Counted from the first letter of the stretch, positions 18,148-28,580 are shown. The stretch: 32,694 nt of DNA from Candidatus Tepidifontimicrobium thermophilum (GCA_031459915.1 JAVKHO010000002.1:166693-199386); one strand, 5' to 3'. The notes: a model not told the origin generated them from the sequence alone. Numbers and translations are program-made.

Positions 18148-19010
18148 CTTCCCACGTCCCCCAGCAGGCCCTGGGGACGGACCAGGAGCATGGCCACAAA
18201 TGCCGCGAACACGAACAGGAACTTGAAGGTGGGAGAGACCAGCGTCCCGAGCAGGTTCTCCAGCAGGCCGATGCACAACCCGCCCACCAGAGCCCCGTCC
18301 ACCCGCCCGAACCCTCCCAGCACCACGCTGGCGAACGCCAACAGGAGGAACGCGTCCCCGATGGTGGGGGACACCTGATAGAAGGGGATCAGGAAGACCC
18401 CGGCCAGGGCCGCGGTGGCGATGCCGAGCCCCCAGCTCAGTGCGTACATGCGGTCCACGGGGATGCCCAGCGCCAGCGCCACCTCCCGGTTCTGCGCTGC
18501 CGCCTGCAGGGCCTTCCCGGTCTTCGTGTAGCGCAGAAACGCCGCCAGCAGGCCGAAGGCAGCCAGGGAGACCAGCCCGGCGGTGACCTTGGAAGCGGCC
18601 ACGGGGACCCCCAGGACCGGCACCGTCCCTTCTCCTGGCCGCCAGACCCCGTACACGTTGGGCCCGAAGGCGGCAAAGGCCCCGTAGCGAAGAACGAACA
18701 ACAGTCCGAAGGTGGCGAAGATCTGCGCCGCCAGCGGCGCCCTTACGATGCGGCGGACCAGGGCCTGGTAGGTCAGCCAACCGAGGCCGAAGAACACCGG
18801 CACCACCACGGGGACCGCGAGCGCCGGATCCACCCTCCCCAGGGCCCACAGCCAGTACGTGGCGTACATAGCCAGCATGAGGTACTCCGCGTGGGCCAGG
18901 TTCACCACGTCCATGACCCCCCAGATCAGCGAGAGCCCCAACGCGACCAGGGCGTACACCAGCCCGAGCACCACGCCGCTCACCGCGGCCTGCCACACGA
19001 GCTCTGTCAT
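18144..19010 (-). CDS. livH: Liv-type ABC transporter permease, LivH-like
   Basis: ALGLSLIWGVMDVVNLAHAE, VVLGGFG, RPQGLLG. Confidence 0.92.
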   Translation of the reverse strand: MTELVWQAAVSGVVLGLVYALVALGLSLIWGVMDVVNLAHAEYLMLAMYATYWLWALGRVDPALAVPVVVPVFFGLGWLTYQALVRRIVRAPLAAQIFATFGLLFVLRYGAFAAFGPNVYGVWRPGEGTVPVLGVPVAASKVTAGLVSLAAFGLLAAFLRYTKTGKALQAAAQNREVALALGIPVDRMYALSWGLGIATAALAGVFLIPFYQVSPTIGDAFLLLAFASVVLGGFGRVDGALVGGLCIGLLENLLGTLVSPTFKFLFVFAAFVAMLLVRPQGLLGDVGR

Positions 19011-19041
19011 GGGTGCGGAAAGACGGCCTTCCAGTCGGCTC

Positions 19042-20325
19042 TCAGCGACGATCCCACGGCGGCGCGGGCCACACCAGCTCCGCCTCCGCCACGTCGAAGG
19101 GCCAGACCACCTTGTACTCCCCGTCCAGAATCTGCACCATCACGCCCGTGGCGTGGCGGTTCTGCCCCTTCTCGTCGAACTGGATCCCCTGCCACGGCAT
19201 GATGAGCTGTGCACCCGGGAGGTTGGTCTCCCGCAGGGCCTTCTGGATCGCCGCGGGGGCGGTGGAGCCTGCCCGGTTGATGGCGTCCGCCAGGGTCAGC
19301 ATGCCGGTGAACGCCCGGGCGGCCACCTCGTCCATGTCCGCGCCGTGCTTGCGTCGGTACAGCTCGTTGACCCGGGCCACCAGAGGCTTCCTCCGCGCGA
19401 TCCCCAGCGCCCAGGGGGCGCGCGCCAGGAAGTAGTACCCGTCGCGGCCAACCGCGTTCAGGTAGTCAGGCACGGTAGTGAACCCCGCGTGCACCATGAA
19501 CCCCTGCGGGAACCACCGCATCTCCTTGAGGGTCCGGGTGATGAGCACCGCGTCGACCAGGTAGTTGGCTCCGATCACGAAGTCGGGATTGCTGGCGCGG
19601 ATCCGCAACAGCTCCGCGGTGAGGCTGCTGGGCGGAGAGGTGTACAGCTCCATGGCCGTGACGGTGTAGCCGCGGGACTGGGCGAACCCCTTGGCGACGC
19701 CCGCCGCGGTCGCCCCGAACTCCGAGTCCTCCGCCAGGATGGCTACCCGCGAGATCCGCGCCCCGCGGCGCTTCAGGTCCTCCACCATGTCGAACATGAT
19801 GCGGGTGAAGGTGATGTCGTGGGGGCCGGTGCGGAAGAACCACTTGAAGCCCCGCTCCGTGAGCCGCGGCGAGGATGACTCCGGGTTCAGGAAGGGGATC
19901 CCCCGCGCCTCCGCGGCCAGGCTGGCGGTGGCGGTAACCGCGCTCTGGTAGGAGCCGATGAGGGCTACCGCACCCTCGCGCTCCACGAGCCGGTCCGCCT
20001 CCGCGCGGCCCGTGGCTGGGTCTCCCCGGGTGTCCCCCCACACCACCCGCAGCCGCCGGCCGCCTAGGCGCGGCAGTCCCGCGGTCCGCGCCAGGGGCAG
20101 GTTCAGGTCCGGATACGGACTGTTCACGATATCCACCGCCAGTTCGATGGCGTTCCGGATCGCCGCGCCGATGCGGGCCAGAGCGCCCGTGAGCGGGTAC
20201 ACCGCGCCCACCGTCACCGGCGCCTCCTGCGCGAACGCCCAGTCCACCAGCCGGTCGCCCAGGGCCACGGAGGCCACCGCCGCTCCCGTGGACCGCAAGA
20301 ACTGCCTGCGGGTCACGCGCCCCAC
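19042..20325 (-). CDS. Liv/HAAT-family substrate-binding protein with twin-arginine (Tat) signal
   Basis: TRRQFL Tat motif and AFA-Q cleavage site; YPLTG, GSYQSAVT, LTERGFKWFFRTGP. Confidence 0.9.
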   Translation of the reverse strand: MGRVTRRQFLRSTGAAVASVALGDRLVDWAFAQEAPVTVGAVYPLTGALARIGAAIRNAIELAVDIVNSPYPDLNLPLARTAGLPRLGGRRLRVVWGDTRGDPATGRAEADRLVEREGAVALIGSYQSAVTATASLAAEARGIPFLNPESSSPRLTERGFKWFFRTGPHDITFTRIMFDMVEDLKRRGARISRVAILAEDSEFGATAAGVAKGFAQSRGYTVTAMELYTSPPSSLTAELLRIRASNPDFVIGANYLVDAVLITRTLKEMRWFPQGFMVHAGFTTVPDYLNAVGRDGYYFLARAPWALGIARRKPLVARVNELYRRKHGADMDEVAARAFTGMLTLADAINRAGSTAPAAIQKALRETNLPGAQLIMPWQGIQFDEKGQNRHATGVMVQILDGEYKVVWPFDVAEAELVWPAPPWDRR

Positions 20326-20369
20326 CGCGTCTCCCCCCTTTCAACACCGGAGTCTCAAAACCACTTCCA

Positions 20370-21152
20370 TCATTCCCACACCAGCTCCTCGTCCCGCAAG
20401 TCGGTGATAAACATGTGCCCGGGGCTGTGGGTGATCATCAAGGGGATGCGCGCCCACTGGGCCACCGCCTGAGGAGTGACCCCGCAGGCCCAGAACACCG
20501 GGACCTCTCCTTCCCGCACCGGGACAGGGTCCCCGTAGTCCGGACGATCGAGGTCCCGGATTCCCAGCCACTGGGGGTCTCCCACGTGCACCGGGGCCCC
20601 GTGGGCCAGTGGGTAACGGGAGCAGATGCGGAACACCCGCGGAAGCTGGTCCGTCGGTACCGGACGCATGCTGACCACGAGAGGCCCCGCGAAGGGCCCC
20701 GCGGCCCTGCACGGACGGTTCGTCACGTACATGGGCACGTTGCATCCGCACTCCAGATGGCGCACCGGGATCCCCGCCCGTTGCAGGGCTGCCTCGAAGG
20801 TAAACGAGCAGCCCAGCAGGAACGCCACCAGGTCGTCCCGCCACACCCCCCGGAGGTGGTCCACCTCTTCCGCCAGCTCGCCGTCCCGGTAGACCCGGTA
20901 ACGGGGCAGGTCGGTCCTCAGGTCTGCGTCGGGCGCCGCATAGCGCGGCACGGGGTCCCCGGGATCGGTGACGTCCAGCACAGGGCATGCCTTTGGGTTG
21001 CGCTGGCAGAACAGCAGGAAGTCGTACGCGTAGGCTTGCGGCAGAACCACCAGGTTGGCCTGCGCGTAGCCCGGCGCCCGCCCCGCGGTGGGCCTGCGCC
21101 ACCGGCCGGCCCGGATCTGCTGGCGTACCTCCGCGGGAGACTCCATGGACAC
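20370..21152 (-). CDS. DUF1445/YcsI-family putative hydro-lyase (D-glutamate cyclase-like)
   Basis: [77 protein letters not shown]. Start is GTG at 21152 or ATG at 21146. Confidence 0.88.
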   Translation of the reverse strand: MSMESPAEVRQQIRAGRWRRPTAGRAPGYAQANLVVLPQAYAYDFLLFCQRNPKACPVLDVTDPGDPVPRYAAPDADLRTDLPRYRVYRDGELAEEVDHLRGVWRDDLVAFLLGCSFTFEAALQRAGIPVRHLECGCNVPMYVTNRPCRAAGPFAGPLVVSMRPVPTDQLPRVFRICSRYPLAHGAPVHVGDPQWLGIRDLDRPDYGDPVPVREGEVPVFWACGVTPQAVAQWARIPLMITHSPGHMFITDLRDEELVWE

Positions 21153-21160
21153 CGACAGCT

Positions 21161-21202
21161 TCGACGGAGTGGGCAGGCCTCCTGCCCGGCTCCGGGTCTC
21201 GA
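21161..21202. terminator. Interrupted hairpin between yvcK and the DUF1445 gene
   Basis: CGGAG-t-GGGCAGG-cct-CCTGCCC-gg-CTCCG (21165-21194), with possible further pairing outside. No U-tract. Confidence 0.4.
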
Positions 21203-21213
21203 CGTATGGGTGG

Positions 21214-22593
21214 CTAGGGATTGATCACACTCACCCGCCCCACCCGGTGACGGACGCCCGCGAGGCGGTCCAGCACCTCCAGCACCGCCTCTGCCAGCCG
21301 GGCCGGGTCGTGGCGCACCAGCTCCGCCTCGCTGATCAGGGGGAACCCGAAGGGCTGCACGCCCATGAGACGGATGCGGTCCAGGTCAGGCTCCACGGGG
21401 ATCGCACCCTCCGCCCGGTACCGGGCCAGGAGCAGCTCGTTACGCGGCATCTGCGTGTTCACCACCGCCGCGGAGACCACCGGCCCTGCGTGATCCACCA
21501 CCGCCCGCACGTGGTCGGAGGCCCGGTAACCGTCGGTCTCGCCCGGCTGGGTCATCACGTTCACGACGTGTACCACGGGTGCGGGAGCCCGACGCAGTGC
21601 GTCCGCCACGCCCGGGACCAGGAGGTTGGGGAGCACGGAGGTGTACAGGCTACCCGGGCCCAGGAGGATGAGGTCCGCGTGGGCGATGGCTTCCAACACT
21701 TCCCGGAGCGGCCGGGCGTTGGGGGGTTTCAGATACACCCGGCGGATGGCCTTGCGGGCCGCCGGGATCGCCGACTCCCCCTCCGCGTGGCTGCCGTCCA
21801 GGAACTCCGCGCACAGGACGATGTTGTCGGTGGTGGCGGGCAGCACCTGGCCCCGGATGGCCAGGACCCGGCTGGCCAGCCGGACCGCGGACACGAGGTC
21901 GCCGGCCACCCCCGTCATGCTGGCGAGGAACAGGTTGCCGAAGGAGTGCCCCTGCAAGTCCCCTCGGTCGAACCGGTACTCGAACAGCCGCGTCATGAGG
22001 GGCTCCGCTTCCGCCAGGGCCACCAGGCAGTCGTTGATGTCGCCCGGTGGGAGCACCCCCAGCTCGCGGCGCAGTCGGCCGGAGCTGCCGCCGTCGTCGA
22101 ACACCGTGACCACCGCGGTCACAGAGACCCCGTACCGCTTGAGCCCCCGCAGCAGGGTAGACAGGCCCGTGCCGCCGCCCACCGCCACGATCCGCGGGCC
22201 CCTCCCCAGAGCCCGCCGCTGCACCATGAGCTCCGCCAGCCGGTGGTCCCCCCGCGGTAGGAACACCGTAGCCACCGACCGCACGGTAGCGCGCACGCCC
22301 AGGAACACGCAGTACAGGCCCCCCACCACCAGCCCCGCCCCGGTGACCAGCAACCCCCAGGTCTCGCCGCCGGAGATCCACGAGCTCAACCACACGACCC
22401 CGTACAGGACCCGGAGGATCCCCACCGACACCACGTCCGCCAGCAGCACGGCTCCCAGGGCCACCCAGAACACCCCCAGGAACACCAGGGCCACGTAACG
22501 CTTCACCCGGATCCCGGGTACCAGCCACTTAGCGAACTGACGGACACGGCGCAGGACGCGTTCTGCGAGACGGGCGCCCAACACGGGACTCAC
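21214..22593 (-). CDS. yvcK: YvcK/GlmR (UDP-GlcNAc-binding, CofD-like) protein with N-terminal membrane extension
   Basis: [56 protein letters not shown]. The N-terminal [11 protein letters not shown] is followed by 2 TM segments. GTG at 22593 overlaps the rapZ stop (GTGA). Confidence 0.9.
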   Translation of the reverse strand: MSPVLGARLAERVLRRVRQFAKWLVPGIRVKRYVALVFLGVFWVALGAVLLADVVSVGILRVLYGVVWLSSWISGGETWGLLVTGAGLVVGGLYCVFLGVRATVRSVATVFLPRGDHRLAELMVQRRALGRGPRIVAVGGGTGLSTLLRGLKRYGVSVTAVVTVFDDGGSSGRLRRELGVLPPGDINDCLVALAEAEPLMTRLFEYRFDRGDLQGHSFGNLFLASMTGVAGDLVSAVRLASRVLAIRGQVLPATTDNIVLCAEFLDGSHAEGESAIPAARKAIRRVYLKPPNARPLREVLEAIAHADLILLGPGSLYTSVLPNLLVPGVADALRRAPAPVVHVVNVMTQPGETDGYRASDHVRAVVDHAGPVVSAAVVNTQMPRNELLLARYRAEGAIPVEPDLDRIRLMGVQPFGFPLISEAELVRHDPARLAEAVLEVLDRLAGVRHRVGRVSVINP

Positions 22594-23513
22594 TCCCGGT
22601 GCAGGTCGCGGTGACGCGCCCGGACTTCGTAGCCCCGCTCCCGCAGCACCCGCACCAGCTCCTCGGCCACCGCCACGGACCGGTGCCGCCCTCCCGTGCA
22701 ACCCACCGCCACCGTCACGTCCGTCTTTCCCTCCCGCTCGAACTCGGGGAGCAGGAACGAGACCAGATCCACCATCCTGCACCAGAAGGCCTGCCCCTGC
22801 GGGGAGTCCAGCACGTAGGAACGTACCTCGGGATCCAGCCCGGATCGGTCCCGAAGGGAGTCCACGTAGTGGGGGTTGGGCAGAAACCGCGTGTCGAACA
22901 CCAGGTCGGCATCCAGGGGCAAGCCGTGCTTGTACCCGAAGGACACCACCGTCACCGCCAGCCCCACACCCGTTCCGGGCCCGAAGGCGGCCCGCAGCTC
23001 CGATCGTAGCTGCGCGGGGGTCATGTCGCTGGTGTCCAGGACACGGTGGGCCCGCTCCCGCACCGGCTCCAGGCGCCGCCGCTCCTCGCGGATGCCTTCC
23101 AGGACGGAGCCCGTGGCGGCCAGGGGGTGCTTGCGCCGGGTCTCCTTGAACCGCCGGACGAGGACCTCGTCAGAAGCGTCCAGGAACAGGATGCGGTAGC
23201 GCAGGCCCAGGGCGTCCAGGTGCTGCAGCGCCTCGCTGAGGGCTTCGAAGAACTCGCCACTGCGGATGTCCACTACCGCCGCGGCCCGCGGAACCCTGCC
23301 CCGCGCGTGCAACAGCAGTTCCGCGAACCTCGGGAGCAGGGCCGGAGGGAGGTTGTCCACGCAGAAGAACCCCAGGTCCTCCAGGACGTGGGCCGCCTGG
23401 GACTTGCCGGCCCCCGAAAGGCCCGTGACCAGGACGAAGTGAACTCGCCCGAACTCGTCCGGCCGGGCGGCCAAGGCTTCCCCTTCCCGCAAGGTCCTGC
23501 TGGCCGACACCAC
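22590..23513 (-). CDS. rapZ: RNase adapter RapZ / YvcJ P-loop protein
   Basis: TGLSGAGKS, CVDNLP, DIRS, RRFKETRRKHPL, SFGYKHGLP, RFLPNPHY, GCTGGRHRSV. Confidence 0.95.
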   Translation of the reverse strand: MVSASRTLREGEALAARPDEFGRVHFVLVTGLSGAGKSQAAHVLEDLGFFCVDNLPPALLPRFAELLLHARGRVPRAAAVVDIRSGEFFEALSEALQHLDALGLRYRILFLDASDEVLVRRFKETRRKHPLAATGSVLEGIREERRRLEPVRERAHRVLDTSDMTPAQLRSELRAAFGPGTGVGLAVTVVSFGYKHGLPLDADLVFDTRFLPNPHYVDSLRDRSGLDPEVRSYVLDSPQGQAFWCRMVDLVSFLLPEFEREGKTDVTVAVGCTGGRHRSVAVAEELVRVLRERGYEVRARHRDLHRE

Positions 23514-23570
23514 TCCTCCCGCAGCCTGCAGGCCCAGGGTACCGCCGGCCGCGGCAGCGGTCCAGCTCCG

Positions 23571-23909
23571 TCAGACGGCCACCAGCCTGGACAGGGCCAC
23601 GCTGGCCAGGCTCACCAGGACCGCCAGCACGAACAGACTTGCGAAGCCACCGTGGGGGATCCCCAGCCACCAGGCTACCAGGTAGAGCAGGAACGTATTG
23701 ACCACCAGGGTGAACAGCCCCAGGGTCAGCAGGTTAAGGGGCAGGGTCAGGAGCAGGATGACGGGCCGCACGACCGCGTTGACCACGCCCAGGGCGAGGC
23801 CGGCGAGCAGGAGCGTCCGCGGACTGCGCACCTGCAGCGCCTGGGGGTACAACGCGGTGGCCAGCCACAGAGCCGCCGCGGTCACCCCTAGCCGTGCCAA
23901 GAAGGCCAC
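23571..23909 (-). CDS. YvlD/DUF360 (4-TM 'phage holin family') membrane protein
   Basis: NAVVRPVILLLTLPLNLLTLGLFTLVVN signature; four hydrophobic segments. Confidence 0.85.
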   Translation of the reverse strand: MAFLARLGVTAAALWLATALYPQALQVRSPRTLLLAGLALGVVNAVVRPVILLLTLPLNLLTLGLFTLVVNTFLLYLVAWWLGIPHGGFASLFVLAVLVSLASVALSRLVAV

Positions 23910-23913
23910 GGTC

Positions 23914-24786
23914 CTAGCGACCCAGCGCCCGGGCCACCAGTTCGGGGACCTGGGTCGGCAGCTCTGCCACGGCCACGCCGACCTGCTGGAGCGCTTCGAC
24001 TTTAGCCTGTGCGGTGCCCTCCGTCCCCGAGATCACCGCGCCCGCGTGACCCATACGCTTGCCCGGCGGCGCGGTGCGCCCGGCCACGTACGCCACCACA
24101 GGCTTGCGGACGTGCTCCCGGATGTAACGGGCCGCCTCCTCCTCTGCCGCTCCGCCGATCTCGCCCACCAGCACGATGGCCTCCGTCTCGCCGTCCCGCT
24201 CGAACAGCTCCAGCAGCTCCACGAAGCTCATGCCGACGATGGGGTCCCCGCCCATGCCCACAGCGGTGGACTGCCCGATGCCGGCCCGGCTGAGCCCTGC
24301 CACGATCTCGTACGTGAGGGTGCCGGAGCGGGACAAAAGGCCCACAGGCCCGCGTCGGAACAGGTGGGAGGGCATGATACCGATCTTGCACCGCTCCGGG
24401 GCGGTGATGCCCGGACAGTTGGGGCCGATCACGTGGACCCCCCGCCGGCGGGCGAAGTCCACGATGGCGATGGCGTCGTGGACGGGGATGTGCTCGGTGA
24501 TCACCACCACGGGGTCCAGCCCCGCCGCGATGGCCTCCAGGGCCGCGTCTTTGGCGAACCGGGCGGGGACGAAGACGCACGAGGCGTTGGCGTCCGTTTC
24601 CTCTACCGCCTCCTCCACGGTGTCGAACACCGGCACGCCGTGGACCTGCGTCCCGCCCTTGCCGGGCGTGACCCCCGCCACCACCCGGGTTCCGAACTCC
24701 AGCATGCGGGCGGTGTGGAACTCTCCCTGGTAGCCGGTGATCCCCTGCACCAGGACGCGGGTGTGCTCGCCGACCAGGATCGCCAT
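23914..24786 (-). CDS. sucD: Succinyl-CoA synthetase alpha subunit
   Basis: [41 protein letters not shown], active-site RMGHAGA. ATG at 24786 after GGGAGG. Confidence 0.96.
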   Translation of the reverse strand: MAILVGEHTRVLVQGITGYQGEFHTARMLEFGTRVVAGVTPGKGGTQVHGVPVFDTVEEAVEETDANASCVFVPARFAKDAALEAIAAGLDPVVVITEHIPVHDAIAIVDFARRRGVHVIGPNCPGITAPERCKIGIMPSHLFRRGPVGLLSRSGTLTYEIVAGLSRAGIGQSTAVGMGGDPIVGMSFVELLELFERDGETEAIVLVGEIGGAAEEEAARYIREHVRKPVVAYVAGRTAPPGKRMGHAGAVISGTEGTAQAKVEALQQVGVAVAELPTQVPELVARALGR

Positions 24787-24799
24787 CGTGTCCTCCCAC

Positions 24800-25216
24800 T
24801 CACTCCTGTCCGGACTGCAGGTGCGCCCGGAGATAGTCACCCACCGTCCGGATGCGATCCGCTTGCCCCGGCACCAGTTCCCAGTTCAGCCCCCGGCCGT
24901 CCCCTTCCCACCTGGGCACCAGGTGCAGGTGGAAGCGTGGGACCGACCGGAAGGCGGCGCGGCCGTTGGCCTGCAGCACGTTCAGACCGTCCGGTTTCAA
25001 CGCCTCCCGGATCGCCCGCGCCACCCCCTGGGCGGCCCGCACCGCTGCAGCCAAGTCCTCCGGGTCGGCCTCCCACAGGGTGTCCACGTGGGCCTTTGTG
25101 AGCACTAGGGTGTCCGCCATTCAGAGGGTGGATGTCCATGAGGGCCAGCACCCGGTCGTCCTCGTAGACCTTCGTGGCAGGCAGCACGCCCGGATCTTGC
25201 AGAACATGTAGTCCAC
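24800..25216 (-). pseudogene. HIT-family (Hint-like) nucleotide hydrolase pseudogene with two frameshifts
   Basis: Homology is split across frames: VDYMFCKI / GVLPATKVYEDDRVLALMDIHPLNGGH / TLVLTKAHVDTL...DGLNVLQANGRAAFRSVPRFHLHLVPR. Shifts near 25190 and 25111. In-frame TGA at 25123-25121. The HxHxH motif reads RFHLH. Confidence 0.85.
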
Positions 25217-25231
25217 CGGAGTCCCGCCCCC

Positions 25232-26338
25232 CTAGTGCCCTCGCGCTAGGGCCACCGCCCGCCGGGCGGCCTCCTCCGGGTCCGTGAAGGCGAAGATCCC
25301 TGCCTGCTCGAGGATCCGCCGACCCTCCTCCTCGTTGGTCCCCGTGAGGCGGATGCTAGTGGGCACCGGCGGGGGCGCGGACGCGATGGCCCTGGCCACG
25401 TCGTCACACCGCGTGATGCCGCCGAAGATGTTGATGAACAGCGCCCGGACGCCCGGCTTGCGCAGGACGATGTCCAGAGCCCGACGCATGGCCTCCGTAG
25501 AGGCGCCTCCCCCCACGTCGAGGAAGTTGGCCGGACGGCCGCCGAAGTGCGCCACCATGTCCAGCGTGGACATGACGAGGCCCGCGCCGTTGCCGATGAT
25601 GGCGATGTCGCCATCCAGCTCCACGTACGAGAGGTCGTACTCGCGCGCCATCCGTTCCAGCTCGGTGGTCTCCTCGTCCGCGGGCAGGTCCGGCTGCCGG
25701 GGACGGGCGTTGTCGTCCACCACCAGCTTCGCGTCCACCGCCAGCCACCGGCCCTCGCACAGAGCCAGGGGGTTGATCTCCGCCAGTTCCGCGTCCCGCT
25801 CGCACGCGAGCCGGTACAGGTTGCAGCTGACCTCCGCGAACTGCCCGAGCACGGGGCCCGAAAGGCCAAGCCGACGGGCCACCCACCGGCCGTGGAAGGG
25901 GTGGAAACCCAGGGCGGGATCCACGGCGAGTTTGACGATGCGCTCCGGTGTCCGCCGCGCCACCTCCTCGATGTCCACACCGCCCTCCGCAGACGCCACC
26001 AGAGTCAGGCGCCGGCTGGATCGGTCCACCACGAAAGCCAGGTAGTACTCCCGGTCGATCCGGGCCGCCTCTACCACCAGCAGCCGCCGTACGCGCTCCC
26101 CGCGGATCTCCATCCCCAGGATTCGGGCAGCCTTCTCGCGGGCCTCCTCCGGAGTGGCCGCCAGCTGGACGCCCCCAGCCTTGCCGCGCCCGCCCACCAG
26201 CACCTGCGCCTTCAACACCACCGGGTAGCGCAGGTCCAGGGTGAGGACATCCTCCGCCCGATCCACCACCACGCCCCGCTGGACCGGGATGCCGTAGGCG
26301 GCGAACAGCTCCTTGGCCTGGTACTCGTGCAGCCGCAT
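25232..26338 (-). CDS. sucC: Succinyl-CoA synthetase beta subunit
   Basis: MRLHEYQAK, KAQVLVGGRGKAGG, EGGVDIEE, EINPL, GNGAGL, PANFLDVGGGA, NIFGGITRCD. Confidence 0.96.
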   Translation of the reverse strand: MRLHEYQAKELFAAYGIPVQRGVVVDRAEDVLTLDLRYPVVLKAQVLVGGRGKAGGVQLAATPEEAREKAARILGMEIRGERVRRLLVVEAARIDREYYLAFVVDRSSRRLTLVASAEGGVDIEEVARRTPERIVKLAVDPALGFHPFHGRWVARRLGLSGPVLGQFAEVSCNLYRLACERDAELAEINPLALCEGRWLAVDAKLVVDDNARPRQPDLPADEETTELERMAREYDLSYVELDGDIAIIGNGAGLVMSTLDMVAHFGGRPANFLDVGGGASTEAMRRALDIVLRKPGVRALFINIFGGITRCDDVARAIASAPPPVPTSIRLTGTNEEEGRRILEQAGIFAFTDPEEAARRAVALARGH

Positions 26339-26341
26339 GGG

Positions 26342-27277
26342 CTAGAGGGGGAGGGCAGCCAGCAGCTCTCGGACGGCGGCGACCGAGGCCCGGAAGGCCC
26401 GCTCCTCCTCCTCCGACAGGGGCACCTCCAGAATGCGCTCCACGCCGCGGGACCCCAGGACCACGGGGACGCCCACGCACACGTCCCGCTCGCCGTACTC
26501 GCCGTCCAGGTACACACAGCACGGGATCACCCGCTTCAGGTCCAGCAGGACCGCCTCGGTCATGGCGCACAGGGCGGCGCCGGGGGCGGTGAAGGCGCTG
26601 GCCTTCATGAGCTCCGTGATCTCCGCGCCCGCCCGGCGGGTGCGTGCCACCACCGCCTGCAGGCGGTCGGGCGGCAGCAGACGGCTGACCGGGACCCCCC
26701 GCACATTCGCGGAGGACGCCAGGGGAACCATGTCCTTGTCCGTGTGGGCGCCGATCACCATGGCCTGCACGTCCTGCAGGGACACCCCCAGCTCCAGGGC
26801 GAGGAAGGTGCGGAACCGGGTGCTGTCCAGGGCCCCGCTGAGGCCGAACAGCCGCTCGCGGGGTAGGCCCGAGACCCGGTGGGCCAGGTAGGTCATGGCG
26901 TCCAGGGGGTTGGTGACCACGATGAACACCGCACCGGGGGACCGGGGCACCACCTGCTCCATGACGCTGCGCACGATCCCGGCGTTGGTGCCCACCAGCT
27001 CCTCGCGGGTCATGCCCGGCTTCCGCGGGACCCCTGCCGTGACGATGACCACGTCCGAGCCCTCGGTGTCCCCATAGTCGTTCGTCCCCATCACCCGAAC
27101 GTCGAACCCGGCGATGGGACCGGCCTGCTGCAGATCCAGGGCCTTGCCCTGTGGAAGCCCCTCGACGATGTCCACCAGCACCACGTCGCCCAGCTGGCGG
27201 GAGGCGATCCAGTGAGCGGCGGCCGTGCCCACGGTGCCCGCGCCCACGATGGTGATCTTCGCGCGACCCCTCGGCAT
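26342..27277 (-). CDS. mdh: Malate dehydrogenase (LDH-like type)
   Basis: IVGAGTVG, GKALDL, TAGVPRKPGMTR (malate-specifying Arg), VTNPLDAM, LDSTRF. Lies between icd and sucC. Confidence 0.92.
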   Translation of the reverse strand: MPRGRAKITIVGAGTVGTAAAHWIASRQLGDVVLVDIVEGLPQGKALDLQQAGPIAGFDVRVMGTNDYGDTEGSDVVIVTAGVPRKPGMTREELVGTNAGIVRSVMEQVVPRSPGAVFIVVTNPLDAMTYLAHRVSGLPRERLFGLSGALDSTRFRTFLALELGVSLQDVQAMVIGAHTDKDMVPLASSANVRGVPVSRLLPPDRLQAVVARTRRAGAEITELMKASAFTAPGAALCAMTEAVLLDLKRVIPCCVYLDGEYGERDVCVGVPVVLGSRGVERILEVPLSEEEERAFRASVAAVRELLAALPL

Positions 27278-27296
27278 CCCGAGCCTCCTCTCGCGT

Positions 27297-28544
27297 CTAG
27301 CCCATGCGCTCGATGACCGCGGTGGCGAACTCGCTGGTCCGCACCTCCCGGGCGCCGTCCATCAGGCGCGCCAGGTCGTAGGTGACGATCTTCTCCCGGA
27401 AGCACGCCTCCATGCCCCGGATGACCCGCTGGGCCGCCTCGTCCCACCCCAGGTACTCCAGCATCATCACGCCAGACAGGGTGAGGGAGCTGGGGTTCAC
27501 CTTGTCCAGGTTGGCGTATTTGGGCGCCGTGCCGTGGGTGGCCTCGAACACCGCGTGGAAGTCCCCCACGTTGGCGCCCGGAGCCATCCCGATACCGCCC
27601 ACCTGTGCGGCCAAAGCGTCGGAGAGGTAGTCCCCATTCAGGTTGCCCGTGGCGATCACGTCGATGTCCTGGGGACGGGTGAGCACGTGCTGGAAGGTCA
27701 CATCCGCGATGTAGTCCTGGATCAGGAGCTTGCCCGTCGGGACCTTGCCCCCGTACTTCTCCTGTACCTCGTCCCAGGTGACCGTGACGTCGCCGAACTC
27801 CTCCCGGGCCACCTGGTAGCCCCACTCCCGGAAGGCCCCCTCCGTGTACTTCATGATGTTCCCCTTGTGCACCAGGGTGACGTTCCGCCGCTTGCGATCC
27901 AGGGCGTACCGGATGGCCTTCCGCACCAGGCGCTTGGTGCCGAACTCACTCATGGGCTTGATCCCGATCCCTGAGTCCGGTCGCAGCTCCACCCCGAACT
28001 CACTGCGCAGCCACTCGATCACGCGCTTGGCCTCGGGGGATCCCGCAGGCCACTCGATCCCTTTGTAGATGTCCTCCGTGTTCTCCCGGAACACCACCAT
28101 GTCCACCTTCTCCGGGTGGCGAACGGGGGACGGGACCCCCTCGAACCACCGGATCGGCCGGATGCACGCGTACAGGTCCAAAAGCTGCCGCAGGGCCACG
28201 TTCAGGGACCGGAACCCCCCGCCCACCGGAGTGGTCAGGGGGCCCTTGATGCCCACGTGGAAGTGCTCAAACGCCCGCAGGGTGTCGGCCGGCAGCCAGT
28301 CCCCGAACTCGCGGTTGGCCTTCTCCCCCGCGTACACCTCGAACCACACGATCCGCCGCTTGCCCCCGTAGGCGGCCTGGACCGCCGCGTCCAGGATCCG
28401 CCGGGTGGCCCTCCAGATGTCCGGACCGGTGCCGTCGCCCTCGATGAAAGGAATGATGGGGTCGTCCGGGACCAGCAACCGGCCGTCCTTTACCTCGATC
28501 CGGTGCCCTTCCTTGGGGACGGAAAGCCTCTCCAGGGTCAGCAT
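27297..28544 (-). CDS. icd: NADP-dependent isocitrate dehydrogenase (dimeric, E. coli/Bacillus type)
   Basis: [71 protein letters not shown] and VTYDLAR (NADP-type K/Y and Y/R residues). ATG at 28544 after GAGGAG. Confidence 0.96.
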   Translation of the reverse strand: MLTLERLSVPKEGHRIEVKDGRLLVPDDPIIPFIEGDGTGPDIWRATRRILDAAVQAAYGGKRRIVWFEVYAGEKANREFGDWLPADTLRAFEHFHVGIKGPLTTPVGGGFRSLNVALRQLLDLYACIRPIRWFEGVPSPVRHPEKVDMVVFRENTEDIYKGIEWPAGSPEAKRVIEWLRSEFGVELRPDSGIGIKPMSEFGTKRLVRKAIRYALDRKRRNVTLVHKGNIMKYTEGAFREWGYQVAREEFGDVTVTWDEVQEKYGGKVPTGKLLIQDYIADVTFQHVLTRPQDIDVIATGNLNGDYLSDALAAQVGGIGMAPGANVGDFHAVFEATHGTAPKYANLDKVNPSSLTLSGVMMLEYLGWDEAAQRVIRGMEACFREKIVTYDLARLMDGAREVRTSEFATAVIERMG

Positions 28545-28580
28545 CGTGCCGCTCCTCTGAACGTGGTCGGGGTTGGGTTT

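Noticed and set aside
23571..23909. 'Phage holin family' protein as a sign of a prophage
   Set aside because: YvlD/DUF360 genes are ordinary chromosomal membrane-protein genes. There is no endolysin, integrase or structural phage gene in the window.
25118..25123. In-frame TGA in the HIT locus as selenocysteine or programmed readthrough
   Set aside because: The codons before it are in the non-homologous frame, the position does not correspond to a conserved Cys, and catalytic motifs are also degraded.
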